Under the pieces are notes generated by a model that saw only the letters and a list, made by a program, of their open reading frames with translations, did not search any database and had not been told where the DNA came from. This document shows positions 26,607 through 35,598 of a DNA stretch of 64,000 nt, one piece after another. Positions within the stretch are counted from its first letter, which is position 1; every line of letters begins with the position of its first letter. A program made the position numbers and the translations under genes. Source of the DNA: Patescibacteria group bacterium (GTDB taxonomy: Bacteria > Patescibacteriota > Microgenomatia > UBA1406); contig JBAYJK010000004.1 of NCBI GenBank assembly GCA_041665145.1, positions 2,434 to 66,433 on the forward strand. Direction: 5' to 3'.

Positions 26607-26635
26607 ATTTTATCCTATAGTTAGCAGAAAATCAA
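26607..26635 (-). promoter_or_regulatory. promoter TTGATT-17-TAAAAT for the LysM gene (about 225-nt leader)
   Basis: Minus-strand TTGATT 26630-26635, 17-nt spacer containing CTATAGGA, TAAAAT 26607-26612. Confidence 0.5.
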
Positions 26636-26833
26636 CTAGTCATACGGAAAACTTCCCTACCCTATAGCAGTAAACAAAGACCGTATTATTATGAATAACA
26701 TAAGTAAACAATACGCATTAATGATGCTTATAAACCGTTGTTTTACGATATGTAAAGAATTACAGTTTTTGCAGAATTTTGTCAGGAACAGGCAAAATTC
26801 GTGGCGACCCAAACGGGGATGGGGGTTTAATGG

Positions 26834-28510
26834 TTATTTTCCCCGTAAATCTTCGGGGCAACCTCGTTCCGCATTGGCATTCGTCGTCCATCCGAACCCG
26901 GGCTCTACCATCGACGTACCGTCGCTCGACCGAGTGACCGGATACCGCGAACCCTGCATGGAAGCGTCAAAATAACCAAATGAGGCTCCAAACGGCATGG
27001 GGGCGGGATACAAAACCAAACGCATATTGCGGGAAAACCCTACCGACCATGAGCCGTCAGACTGTTTGGTACAGTAGACGTTGACCGTATCAGGGAGATC
27101 GACCCATTCCTGCTTATGCCCAGCAAGCCCGCGCATGGGATCCGGGTTAACGAGGTGCACCATTTGCGTTGCCGAAACGAAGATATATCCGTCACGACGG
27201 GTCACGGAAATACGGATCGGTTGCCCATCGGACCCGTGACTATTGGGGCCCATACTGGAAAAAACAGAACCAAGGGCTGCTGCTTTACTAGTGAGCAAAT
27301 CATATGCAAGGCCGAGGATATCGGTGCGGTGGGGCCATTTGAGGGGTATGGTCCGGCCGTCGAGACCGATAACGAATGCATATTCACCTGTTACGGTATC
27401 TTTCAGCGTAAATTCGTCAAATACGGGAGCTGCCGGTTCGGGAACTTTTGTCGGATCTGGAGCTTTCGGTTGAGCTGTGGGTGTTGCAACTGTCGGTGTT
27501 GTGTCAGAAGGGAGGCAATAAGTTGAAGATGTTAGACCCGGAAGAATTCTTGTTTTACTTACTGGAGGATTTGTTGACCAGTCTGCATGCCCGTTCGTAC
27601 ATATAAGATAAGCTGTTGGTCCGCCATCATTCCGTTTTATGTACATAAGTAATCCACTCGCCTGTTCACCATAGGGAATTGAATTATCACCGGTATACCG
27701 GTATCCATTGAAATCAAAGTTCATAAGAAACTGGTTGCCTCTTCCAGGTATGTAAGCGCTAACCGCGTTTCCATTGTGTCGGTACACTCCATCGGTTGCT
27801 CCTTGCTCCGGCCGTACATCTGGTACAAATGTTGGTTGAACTGTTGGTGCGGTCTCCGGGACAAATTGTGCTCCTGTGGGAGTTGCACCGGGAACAGGTT
27901 CAAATCGGGGATACCCTGGTAGAAGTCTGCAATCGGAATCATACTTTAAGTACTCGCCGGTCATGTTTTGATTCCACTCTCCATTTCCCCGACAGAATAC
28001 ACCTCCGGCGGCAATCGTATAATCGCCTGCATTAAAACCCATACACCCTCCGAAAATTCCTAAGTCAATGTAACAGGTACTGCCGTTTTGTTGAACGGGT
28101 AAATGAGAGACACCAAACAAATGAGCGAGGTCAGGACTTAACGCCATCATATACGACGCATTCCCGAGGTCGCTCAACTGGGGTTGGTTATGTTGCTGCG
28201 CGACTGCTTGATATGCTCCAAAGGCGAGCGCTCCGGCAGCAAGACGAACTATTCCATGCGCAATCTTTCGTAGTCTTTCCTCTTGTTTTCGCTTTTCTGT
28301 TTCTTCAACGTGTAATCTGTTTTGATTGAGGAGACTTCTTGTGCGAGCCGTTTGGTATAACGGAGAATTTGCTTCGCTGGGATAATCAAAATTCCATACG
28401 CCGGAATAACGATCGTCTGTCGGCACCGTTACATTTGGCGATACTCTGCCGTAATTCAATTGAGGATTGTTAACCGAAACCGGGTGTGCACCCGTTTCTA
28501 TGTTTGGCAT
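26834..28510 (-). CDS. hypothetical single-pass membrane protein with a large extracytoplasmic domain
   Basis: Start moved to ATG 28510, because the track ORF's first 39 codons run through the groEL terminator. About 100 aa N-terminal, TM helix IVRLAAGALAFGAYQAVA, and a P/T-rich linker. Confidence 0.6.
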   Translation of the reverse strand: MPNIETGAHPVSVNNPQLNYGRVSPNVTVPTDDRYSGVWNFDYPSEANSPLYQTARTRSLLNQNRLHVEETEKRKQEERLRKIAHGIVRLAAGALAFGAYQAVAQQHNQPQLSDLGNASYMMALSPDLAHLFGVSHLPVQQNGSTCYIDLGIFGGCMGFNAGDYTIAAGGVFCRGNGEWNQNMTGEYLKYDSDCRLLPGYPRFEPVPGATPTGAQFVPETAPTVQPTFVPDVRPEQGATDGVYRHNGNAVSAYIPGRGNQFLMNFDFNGYRYTGDNSIPYGEQASGLLMYIKRNDGGPTAYLICTNGHADWSTNPPVSKTRILPGLTSSTYCLPSDTTPTVATPTAQPKAPDPTKVPEPAAPVFDEFTLKDTVTGEYAFVIGLDGRTIPLKWPHRTDILGLAYDLLTSKAAALGSVFSSMGPNSHGSDGQPIRISVTRRDGYIFVSATQMVHLVNPDPMRGLAGHKQEWVDLPDTVNVYCTKQSDGSWSVGFSRNMRLVLYPAPMPFGASFGYFDASMQGSRYPVTRSSDGTSMVEPGFGWTTNANAERGCPEDLRGK

Positions 28511-28522
28511 GGTATTGGGGGG

Positions 28523-28552
28523 ATTATAGCACCGTACATATCCGATATGCAA
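28523..28552 (-). promoter_or_regulatory. promoter TTGCAT-18-TATAAT
   Basis: Minus-strand TTGCAT 28547-28552 and TATAAT 28523-28528, 12 nt before ATG 28510. Confidence 0.55.
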
Positions 28553-28553
28553 C

Positions 28554-28586
28554 AAAAAAGGCCCCGGCTTTCGCCGGGGTCTTTTT
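28554..28586 (-). terminator. intrinsic terminator of groESL (bidirectional shape)
   Basis: GGCCCCGGC 28560-28568 pairs with GCCGGGGTC 28573-28581, flanked by an A-run and a T-run. On the minus strand the stem is followed by TTTTTT. Confidence 0.8.
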
Positions 28587-28652
28587 AACTTTTTACCATT
28601 CAATTTTCTTTTGTACGGACAAGGCATGCCTTGTCCCTACGCACAGAATGTT

Positions 28653-30329
28653 TTAATACATTCCTCCCATGCCACCCATTCCTCCCATACCGCCCATATC
28701 ACCACCTGCCGGGCCGGCTTTCTTTTCTTCGGGAATTTCGGCAATTCCTGCTTCCGTGGTCAGAATCATGGCTGCAACCGAGATTGCATTCTGTACTGCG
28801 GTACGGACAACCTTTGCCGGGTCGATAATTCCTGCTTTGACCATGTCGACGGGAACGGCGGTTAATGTCGAATCTGTGCTCATAACGTCAAACCCGAGAC
28901 CCTTTGCACTACCTTCACGGGCCTTGGCAATCAGCTCTCCGGCGTTGAGTCCGGCGTTTTCCATGAGCTTCGTAAACGGCGCTTCGATTGCACGTTTCAC
29001 AATCTCAAAACCGAATATTTCGTCACGGCTCGCCTTGGCAGTTTCGAGAGCTTTTGAACTCATGCGTTGGCTGATGTCAAGAAGCGCGACTGCTCCTCCG
29101 GGGACAATTCCTTCTTCAAGAGCAGCTTTGGTTGCTGCGACTGCATCATTAACGCGTTCTTTTTTATCTTTCAACTCGACCTCGGTTGCTGCACCAACTT
29201 TGATAACTGCAACACCGCCGGTAAGTTTTGCCAAACGTTCTTGAAGCTTTTCCTTATCAAAGTCGGATGTTGAAAGACCAATTTCTTTCCTGATCTGGGC
29301 AACGCGACCGTCGATGGCTTTTTTGTCTCCCTTGCCGCCGATGACTCGGGTGTTGTCTTTATCAACCTCAAGTCGTTCGGCTCGACCACAGTCTTCAATC
29401 TCAACACTGTCGAGTTTGCGACCGAGATCTTCAGAAATGACCGTTCCTCCCGTAAGGATAGCAATATCTTCGAGCATTGCTTTTCGTCTGTCTCCAAAAC
29501 CGGGAGCTTTGATTGCGATTGCGTTAAAGACACCTTTCATTTTATTAACAACGAGAACCGCTAATGCTTCGCTTTCTACTTCATCGGCAATGATCACCAG
29601 GTTTTTGGAAACCTTCACGAACTTTTCCAAAAATGGCAGAAGATCGGCGATAGCAGAAATCTTTTTATCCGTAATTAAAATGTACGGATCTTCAAGCTCT
29701 GCAACCATTTTGTCGGGATTCGTGACAAAATAAGCGCTGGCATAGCCACGATCAAATTCCATACCTTCTTTGAATTCGAGATCTGTGGTGAGCCCTTTTC
29801 CTTCTTCAACAGTAACCACACCATTTTTACCGACTTTCTTGAGTGCATCGGCAATAAGTTTTCCGAGCGTTTCATCGGCAGCGGAAATAGTGGCAACGGA
29901 TGCGACTTCTGTCTGTTTGATATCTTTGCGCATAAGCTTTAATTCACCGACGATATAATCACTGGCTTTCACGAGACCCCGACGCATAACCATGGGGTTG
30001 GCTCCGGCTGTAATCATTTTGATTCCTTCTTCGACGATTGCGCGGGCAAGAACGGTTGACGTGGTGGTTCCGTCTCCGGCAACATCCGCGGTTTTGCTGG
30101 CTGCTTCTTTGACAAGCTGCGCACCCATATTTTCATAGGCATCAGCAAATTCCAATTCTTTGGCAACGCTTACACCGTCATGAATAACTTGCGGTCCGCC
30201 CCATTTGCGGTCAATTGCAACGTTGCGGCCTTTTGGTCCGAGTGTGGTACCGACAGCGTCGGCCATTTTACGGACACCTTCAAACATTTTTTGTCGGAGC
30301 TCTGCTCCATAGAGTACTTTTTTTGCCAT
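28653..30329 (-). CDS. groEL: chaperonin GroEL
   Basis: 558 aa. AKKVLYG...TLGPKGRNV...[12 protein letters not shown] and a C-terminal GGM repeat. Confidence 0.97.
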   Translation of the reverse strand: MAKKVLYGAELRQKMFEGVRKMADAVGTTLGPKGRNVAIDRKWGGPQVIHDGVSVAKELEFADAYENMGAQLVKEAASKTADVAGDGTTTSTVLARAIVEEGIKMITAGANPMVMRRGLVKASDYIVGELKLMRKDIKQTEVASVATISAADETLGKLIADALKKVGKNGVVTVEEGKGLTTDLEFKEGMEFDRGYASAYFVTNPDKMVAELEDPYILITDKKISAIADLLPFLEKFVKVSKNLVIIADEVESEALAVLVVNKMKGVFNAIAIKAPGFGDRRKAMLEDIAILTGGTVISEDLGRKLDSVEIEDCGRAERLEVDKDNTRVIGGKGDKKAIDGRVAQIRKEIGLSTSDFDKEKLQERLAKLTGGVAVIKVGAATEVELKDKKERVNDAVAATKAALEEGIVPGGAVALLDISQRMSSKALETAKASRDEIFGFEIVKRAIEAPFTKLMENAGLNAGELIAKAREGSAKGLGFDVMSTDSTLTAVPVDMVKAGIIDPAKVVRTAVQNAISVAAMILTTEAGIAEIPEEKKAGPAGGDMGGMGGMGGMGGMY

Positions 30330-30356
30330 GTATATAGGTTAATTTATAATGAAAAT

Positions 30357-30668
30357 TTATTCGACGATTGCCATAACTTCTTTTTGCTCAACAAGGAGCC
30401 ATTCTTCCATACCGACTTTTACTTCATTGCCTGCCCATTTCTTGTAAAGAATTTTCTGTCCCTTTTTAAGAATCATCGGGCTGCTGGCGCATTCACCGGC
30501 ACCACCGCATTCACACTGTTTTCCGGGACCGACCGCCATCACTTCACCTACCTGGGGTTTCTCTTTTGCAGAATCCGGGAGCACGATGCCTGAAGCGGTT
30601 TTTGTTGCACCTTCAAGGGGTTTAATTAACACGTAATCGAACAAAGGTTTGATTGTTGTACCTTTCAT
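30357..30668 (-). CDS. groES: co-chaperonin GroES with a Cys-rich insertion
   Basis: 103 aa. IKPLFDYVLIKP...ASGIVLPDSAKEKPQVGEVMAVGPG, followed by the unusual QCECGGAGECASS before the conserved KKGQKILY. Confidence 0.9.
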   Translation of the reverse strand: MKGTTIKPLFDYVLIKPLEGATKTASGIVLPDSAKEKPQVGEVMAVGPGKQCECGGAGECASSPMILKKGQKILYKKWAGNEVKVGMEEWLLVEQKEVMAIVE

Positions 30669-30753
30669 AGAGCCAAATATAAACTTTTAAATGAGTATCT
30701 ATTTTTAACAAATTTCGCTTAGGTTGTCAAGCGGTGTTCTTGAGTGCTAATGA

Positions 30754-31482
30754 TTAAATTCCCAGGTTCGGGAACTGCATATAGGTAGATGGAGTGCCCG
30801 ATTGCCAGATATGTTGCAGGTTAACCCGGTCCCGTATCATGAGTAGTGCTGTGTCCCGAGTACCAACTTGATGACATTGAATATGACTTGCCATATTGGG
30901 CTGATCGATTGCAACGTGCCGGACCAGCCATAACCCTTCGTGCGGACCGGGTCCGAGTTGCAGCGCTCCCGATTCCTCATGTCCAACAAACGCTATAGCT
31001 ATTTCGGTCGGAGTAAGAAGCGGAGGCAAATCTTCTTGATACTGAGACCGATATGCCAGGCGCATATGGGCAATAGGTTGTCCGTTCGGCAGCATGACCG
31101 GCGAAAGATAGGTGATGTACCAGGGGGGATGACGGAGAACGCCATGAGTACGAGCACTCAGTCGCGGATCAAGCCACGGTACAACTGCAGAAAAATTATC
31201 CCGTGCGACAATTGGAATGGTCGGAGCAAGAGCTAATGCACTCGCGTGCAGAGAAAACTCGGGAGCAGTGAGAATATGACTGTCATCAAACCGGGAAAAA
31301 TAGCCCATTTGTGCACGGAGTCCCCGCAACACCTGTTCAACATCGGTCGAGAAGCGCGTTCTGCCTTCCTCTCCCGGGTAAGAAGTGTCGAGTGTTTCGG
31401 CAACAAGTTGCGCTTCATCTGCATAGCGGTCTTCATAACGAAATTGATGCGGAGATATTGAGCGTCGGCGATCAACAGTCAT
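30754..31482 (-). CDS. hypothetical protein (G+C-rich orphan)
   Basis: 242-aa ORF with no TM helix and no recognised motif. Confidence 0.5.
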   Translation of the reverse strand: MTVDRRRSISPHQFRYEDRYADEAQLVAETLDTSYPGEEGRTRFSTDVEQVLRGLRAQMGYFSRFDDSHILTAPEFSLHASALALAPTIPIVARDNFSAVVPWLDPRLSARTHGVLRHPPWYITYLSPVMLPNGQPIAHMRLAYRSQYQEDLPPLLTPTEIAIAFVGHEESGALQLGPGPHEGLWLVRHVAIDQPNMASHIQCHQVGTRDTALLMIRDRVNLQHIWQSGTPSTYMQFPNLGI

Positions 31483-31511
31483 TTCGCATAGTATACCCTA
31501 TTGCGTCAAGC

Positions 31512-31934
31512 TCAGTCGTATTTCAACTGGTCGGCTTTGTTTTTTTCCCGGGGAATATAGGTAAACGTAACAGGAATTTTCAATTCATTTAATAATGTGT
31601 GAATCTGCAGAATAAACTCCCGCATACGCGCTTCTTTTACTTTCCACCGACCGTTTAATTGTTCAACAACCAGTTTGGAATCCAAAAGAAAACTAATTGG
31701 TTCTGAAGGATTGGACTCATGAGTCTTATAAGACTCATTGGACTTATTTGACAAATACTCCAATGCGTATATTACAGCCAAATACTCTGCTTCGTTGTTG
31801 GTGCAATGCTCTAATCGAACACGGTTTTGGATGTTTCGAGTTTCGGATTTCGAGTTTCGGATTTCAATTACGTACATCGCCCACCCGGGACCGGGGTTTC
31901 CAGAAGATGCGCCATCGGTATAAACAGTGATCAT
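31512..31934 (-). CDS. rnhA: ribonuclease HI with in-frame repeat insertions
   Basis: DGASSGNPGPG, NNEAEYLAVIYALE, LDSKLVVEQL and REKNKADQL (DEDD pattern). TTTAAT lies 5 nt before the ATG. Confidence 0.8.
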   Translation of the reverse strand: MITVYTDGASSGNPGPGWAMYVIEIRNSKSETRNIQNRVRLEHCTNNEAEYLAVIYALEYLSNKSNESYKTHESNPSEPISFLLDSKLVVEQLNGRWKVKEARMREFILQIHTLLNELKIPVTFTYIPREKNKADQLKYD

Positions 31935-31993
31935 ATTTAATTAAAACTCAAAATTCAAATGTCAAATAATACCAAATCTCGTGAAACAGTTTG

Positions 31994-33256
31994 TTATTTG
32001 TCATTTAAGCTTGATTTGTTATTTGTGGATTTGAGCTTTGAATTTGCAATCAAAATCCCCCCCAACATCACCAATATCAACCCTTCTCCGACAATGGTCA
32101 TCCAGGTTGACGCAAGATAGCTGTAGCGCGGGATAAAATACAGATTGCCGATTACATTAATCACAAATCCGACAAGGTATACCCATACGAGGAGCATTTC
32201 TTTTTTCTGCAGAAACAGGAGCCACGTTAACGCACTTGTCACAAAAAAGATGGGGTATGAGAGCCCCAGAATCTGCAGCGGAACGATTGAAGCATGATAG
32301 TCACTTTTGATAAGTACCAGAAACGGAGCGATAAAATATGTCCCGACCGTAAACACCAATGACGCAACAAGCAGTAACGCCATTGCCTTGGTAAACACCG
32401 ATGTAAACCGCTCGCGGTTGTCCTGATAGAGTTTCACATAGTGGGGAAAAATCGCGTTTGCAAAAAACGTTGCAAATGCCAAGGGAAATTCAAAAAATTT
32501 ATAGGCAAGTTGGTACACTCCGATATCCGCGTTAGTTTTAAGTGCAGAAAGAACAAACACGTCGGCACGGAAATACATGGTGTTCAGAAAAAGCATCAAC
32601 CCGACCGGAGCAGCCTCTTTCATCAGCAACCATAATTCCTCAATAAGAAACGGTTCTTTAAAGAAATGCACATCCAAATATTTCCGCGCCAAGAGATATC
32701 CGACAACAACCGTCAGGAGGCTTCCACCGACCAGAGACAACACCATCATCGGCAACCCGAATGGCATCGCAACCAGCATAGACAACAACCCTCCCGCACT
32801 ACCGACGAGTGCCGCAATGACCGAAAGATCGTAGCGAAGCAACAACTGAAACAGTAAATTAATACTGGTGAAATAGCCGAAGAACAGAATGCTCGGAACA
32901 AACAAAACAACGATCAGTTTTTCACTGTGTTGAAAAAAAGTTTGCCGGGTAAATAACAGAAACGCTCCGATAACCAGAACGGACATGAGAAAGAACATGG
33001 TCCGCAACGCGTTCAATGTTGAATAGTGCGAAAGGTCTTCTTTATATTTTCGAATATACACGGCGTTTAAGCCGAAGTCCACAAACAGATAGAAAAAAGC
33101 GACGAGTGCATACGCCTTCGCGTATACCCCGTACCCTGCCGCACCCAAGTATCGCGCAATAATAACCGTGGTGACGAAGCCCAAAAAAGAGGTGCCGAAC
33201 CGCCCGACAAATTGAATAAACGTATTGTATAAAACTCGTTGTTTGAGCGACGGCAT
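31994..33256 (-). CDS. MOP/Wzx-type oligosaccharide flippase
   Basis: About 12 TM helices. Start set at ATG 33256 (TATAAT 33263-33268, 6 nt upstream). The track's 17-aa N-terminal extension is translated repeat DNA. Confidence 0.65.
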   Translation of the reverse strand: MPSLKQRVLYNTFIQFVGRFGTSFLGFVTTVIIARYLGAAGYGVYAKAYALVAFFYLFVDFGLNAVYIRKYKEDLSHYSTLNALRTMFFLMSVLVIGAFLLFTRQTFFQHSEKLIVVLFVPSILFFGYFTSINLLFQLLLRYDLSVIAALVGSAGGLLSMLVAMPFGLPMMVLSLVGGSLLTVVVGYLLARKYLDVHFFKEPFLIEELWLLMKEAAPVGLMLFLNTMYFRADVFVLSALKTNADIGVYQLAYKFFEFPLAFATFFANAIFPHYVKLYQDNRERFTSVFTKAMALLLVASLVFTVGTYFIAPFLVLIKSDYHASIVPLQILGLSYPIFFVTSALTWLLFLQKKEMLLVWVYLVGFVINVIGNLYFIPRYSYLASTWMTIVGEGLILVMLGGILIANSKLKSTNNKSSLNDK

Positions 33257-33399
33257 GGAAGTATTATACTCAAATGCAATTTTCAATTTGCAGTTTTCAA
33301 TTTTCATTCAATTTTGAAATTGATTAAAAACTGGAAACTAAAAACTGAAAACTGTGCGTCAGCTTGCTCTTCTGACGCACATATGCTATACTATAAGTC

Positions 33400-33891
33400 A
33401 TGTCAGATCTTAAATCAGTCATCGCATTTTTTATCGGCCTTGTTTTCTTTGTGGTACTTGTCGTATTTGCAATCGGAAGAATCCGTGGCGGAGCCAAGCC
33501 TACTTCGGTCAGCGCTTCCATTACGGCTACCATTACACAAGCACCGTCGCCGACTCCTGTGGGTTTACAGGCTGCAAAGAAACCCTCTTTTATTGACAGA
33601 ATAAAGAGCTTTTTCACTGCCCGAAAGGTAACTCCTACCCCAACAACTCCAGTGCCAAATCCAACTGCGGCAGTTGCCAACGGGGCATCAAATAGTCCTA
33701 ATTTCCAACTTAAGGACGCAGTAAGACCAACAGTTATTCTCTATACCCAAACAAAAGGTGGAGTAAAACAACCGTCGGTGAATACTGTTTCCGGCGTTGC
33801 AACAATTCCTGAAACCGGTGCAGAGACATTCGTGTTACCGCTTGCCAGCGCGTTGGGAGGACTGGGAATCTATTTGAAGAAAAGAAAATAA
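33400..33891 (+). CDS. small surface protein with an LPXTG-like (IPETG) sortase signal
   Basis: N-terminal TM/signal helix, P/T-rich segment, then C-terminal IPETG + hydrophobic stretch + KKRK. Confidence 0.6.
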   Translation: MSDLKSVIAFFIGLVFFVVLVVFAIGRIRGGAKPTSVSASITATITQAPSPTPVGLQAAKKPSFIDRIKSFFTARKVTPTPTTPVPNPTAAVANGASNSPNFQLKDAVRPTVILYTQTKGGVKQPSVNTVSGVATIPETGAETFVLPLASALGGLGIYLKKRK

Positions 33892-34031
33892 TCTTCTGAT
33901 TCCGTTTCTAATTCCTAGTTTTTAGTTTCTATTGAAGTATTAGTTTCTAGGTGTTAATTTACAAACGTTTGCAAAATAGAAAATAGAAATTGGTAACTCA
34001 ATAGAAACCAGTAATTAGAAACTAAAAACTA
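33892..34031. repeat. 'word' palindrome between convergent genes
   Basis: Perfect 16-bp inverted repeat: TAGTTTTTAGTTTCTA 33916-33931 pairs with TAGAAACTAAAAACTA 34016-34031. The right arm supplies the trmD stop codon. Confidence 0.7.
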
Positions 34032-34877
34032 AGCTTTCTTCTTCGTTTCCTTCCACGCTTCCTGAATCTGCCATTCCCGGATTTTTTTGGGGTCTCCTGA
34101 TATTAAAACATCAGGAACTTTTTTTCCCCGAAATTCGCGAGGTAAGGTATATTGAGGATACTCGAGTAAAGAGATCTTTGCAGAGTTTCCAGTTTTCAAT
34201 TTACAATTTTCAGTGAAGGTGGGATTAGAATCATCAGTCTGAAGGTCGGGATCATGAGTGATTGTAAATAATTCTTCCCGGTCGATTTCAAAAAAGGTTT
34301 CGTTAACCGTTGCGTCTTCTTTTTTAAGAACTCCCGGAATTAGTCGTACTAGAGCGTCAATTACCACCATTGCCGCCGCTTCCCCGCTGGAGAGAACGTA
34401 GTTACCGATGGACAACTCTTCATCTATATAGTCTACGATTCGTGCGTCGAATCCTTCGTAGTGGCCGCAGATTAATAAAACATGATCACGTATCACGCAT
34501 CGCGCATCATTCATCTGATCCGTACCGTTCGTTTCGAGATCCGCGATCCGAGATTCGAGATGCGAGATTCTGTCCCGTGCCCAGGATTGGGTAAGTAAAG
34601 TTCCCTTTGGTGAAAGAGCGATTTTATAGGCTTTGCCGAATTGTTTCTCGATATGTTCAATTGCTTCAACAAGCGGTTCAATTTTCAGAAGCATCCCCGC
34701 GCCCCCACCGAACGGGTGATCATCCACCGTCTTATGTTTGTCATGAGCAAAATCCCGCAGCTGCACTACATTAAATGTAACAAGTCCTTTTTCCACTGCC
34801 CGGTTGATAATGCTGTGGTGCAAAAACGGTTCTACGACTTCGGGGAATAGTGTTAGTACTGTAATGTTCATTGGCAA
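34029..34877 (-). CDS. trmD: tRNA (guanine37-N1)-methyltransferase with two in-frame repeat insertions
   Basis: TLFPEVVEPFL, DDHPFGGGAGMLLKIEP and IGNYVLSSGE motifs. At 282 aa it is longer than I recall for typical TrmD proteins (not checked). Confidence 0.85.
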   Translation of the reverse strand: MPMNITVLTLFPEVVEPFLHHSIINRAVEKGLVTFNVVQLRDFAHDKHKTVDDHPFGGGAGMLLKIEPLVEAIEHIEKQFGKAYKIALSPKGTLLTQSWARDRISHLESRIADLETNGTDQMNDARCVIRDHVLLICGHYEGFDARIVDYIDEELSIGNYVLSSGEAAAMVVIDALVRLIPGVLKKEDATVNETFFEIDREELFTITHDPDLQTDDSNPTFTENCKLKTGNSAKISLLEYPQYTLPREFRGKKVPDVLISGDPKKIREWQIQEAWKETKKKA

Positions 34878-35479
34878 CGTAAAATATCCTGTTGTAACTT
34901 AATGAAGTTATCACGATTCGGATCCAGTTTAAGTGCAATCGCAATATCTTCTTCCGCCTGCTCACACTGATGCAATTTAAAATACATGACGCTGCGGTAT
35001 GCATAGCCGTCGGCATAGTTGGGGTGATCTTTCAGAATAAGCGTTATTTTTCTGACCATTTCGTGTAGTTTATTTTTCTCTTCCTGAACAGTAACCGCAA
35101 CTTCCTCTTCCCCGTTTTCCGCAAGCAGAGAAATAATGTCTCCGTTTATTTGTTGGTCTGTCGAATTTCTGAGAACCATTTGCAGCGCCTGTTTGTCCAA
35201 CGGGTTTTCCAAAAGTGTTTTCACTGAATCGGGCAGCGCCAGCTGCATAAAAATGTTCATGAAGATTAACAAGAACAAACCGGCAACAATGAGAAATGGA
35301 GCATTATTACGCGAAAACACAGCTCTAAAGTGGTTAACTAACCTGCTTTTGCTGAAGTTCCAGCGAGGCACGGCGGGAATAGAGCGGGAATTCTGCGGGG
35401 ATCCTCCGTCCCGCTCAGCGGGACTTTGCTTCCCAAGAGAATCTTTTTTTTTGTGCTTGGACATGGGGGAATTATACAC
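34868..35479 (-). CDS. membrane protein with a C-terminal TPR-like repeat
   Basis: 203 aa. One TM helix (APFLIVAGLFLLIFMNIFMQLAL) and the TPR-like YADGYAYRSVMYFKLHQCEQAEEDIAIALKLDPN. Overlaps the trmD start by 10 nt. Confidence 0.5.
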   Translation of the reverse strand: MYNSPMSKHKKKDSLGKQSPAERDGGSPQNSRSIPAVPRWNFSKSRLVNHFRAVFSRNNAPFLIVAGLFLLIFMNIFMQLALPDSVKTLLENPLDKQALQMVLRNSTDQQINGDIISLLAENGEEEVAVTVQEEKNKLHEMVRKITLILKDHPNYADGYAYRSVMYFKLHQCEQAEEDIAIALKLDPNRDNFIKLQQDILRCQ

Positions 35480-35598
35480 GATTAAGTTCTTAGCCTAAAG
35501 TTTAAAACTAAAAGGAAGGTGGAAAGTTAAAAGGTCTGAAAGTAGGAAAATTGCTGAATTGCTAAATTGTTAAATTGTTAAATTGCTATATTGTTAGT

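Noticed and set aside
26691-26975. 94-aa plus-strand ORF in the 459-bp spacer between the LysM gene and 26834-28510.
   Set aside because: It overlaps the 3' end of the opposite-strand gene, has no SD sequence or -10 context, and has low-complexity, non-protein-like composition.
26834-28627. N-terminal extensions of track ORFs: this one, 36944-38608, 16285-17046, and several of 6-30 codons elsewhere.
   Set aside because: The extensions run through a terminator hairpin (28554-28586), through leader or repeat DNA, or across the RAYT gene. Internal ATGs with an SD sequence or a properly spaced -10 box give better starts.
30721-30750. Possible CIRCE (HrcA) operator upstream of groES: a perfect GAGTGCTAA half-site at 30742-30750.
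   Set aside because: The partner half (TTAGCACTC at 9-nt spacing) is absent. The only TTAG.. sequence is badly degenerate and wrongly spaced, and the site lies upstream of the likely -35 rather than in the leader. It is not a supportable operator.
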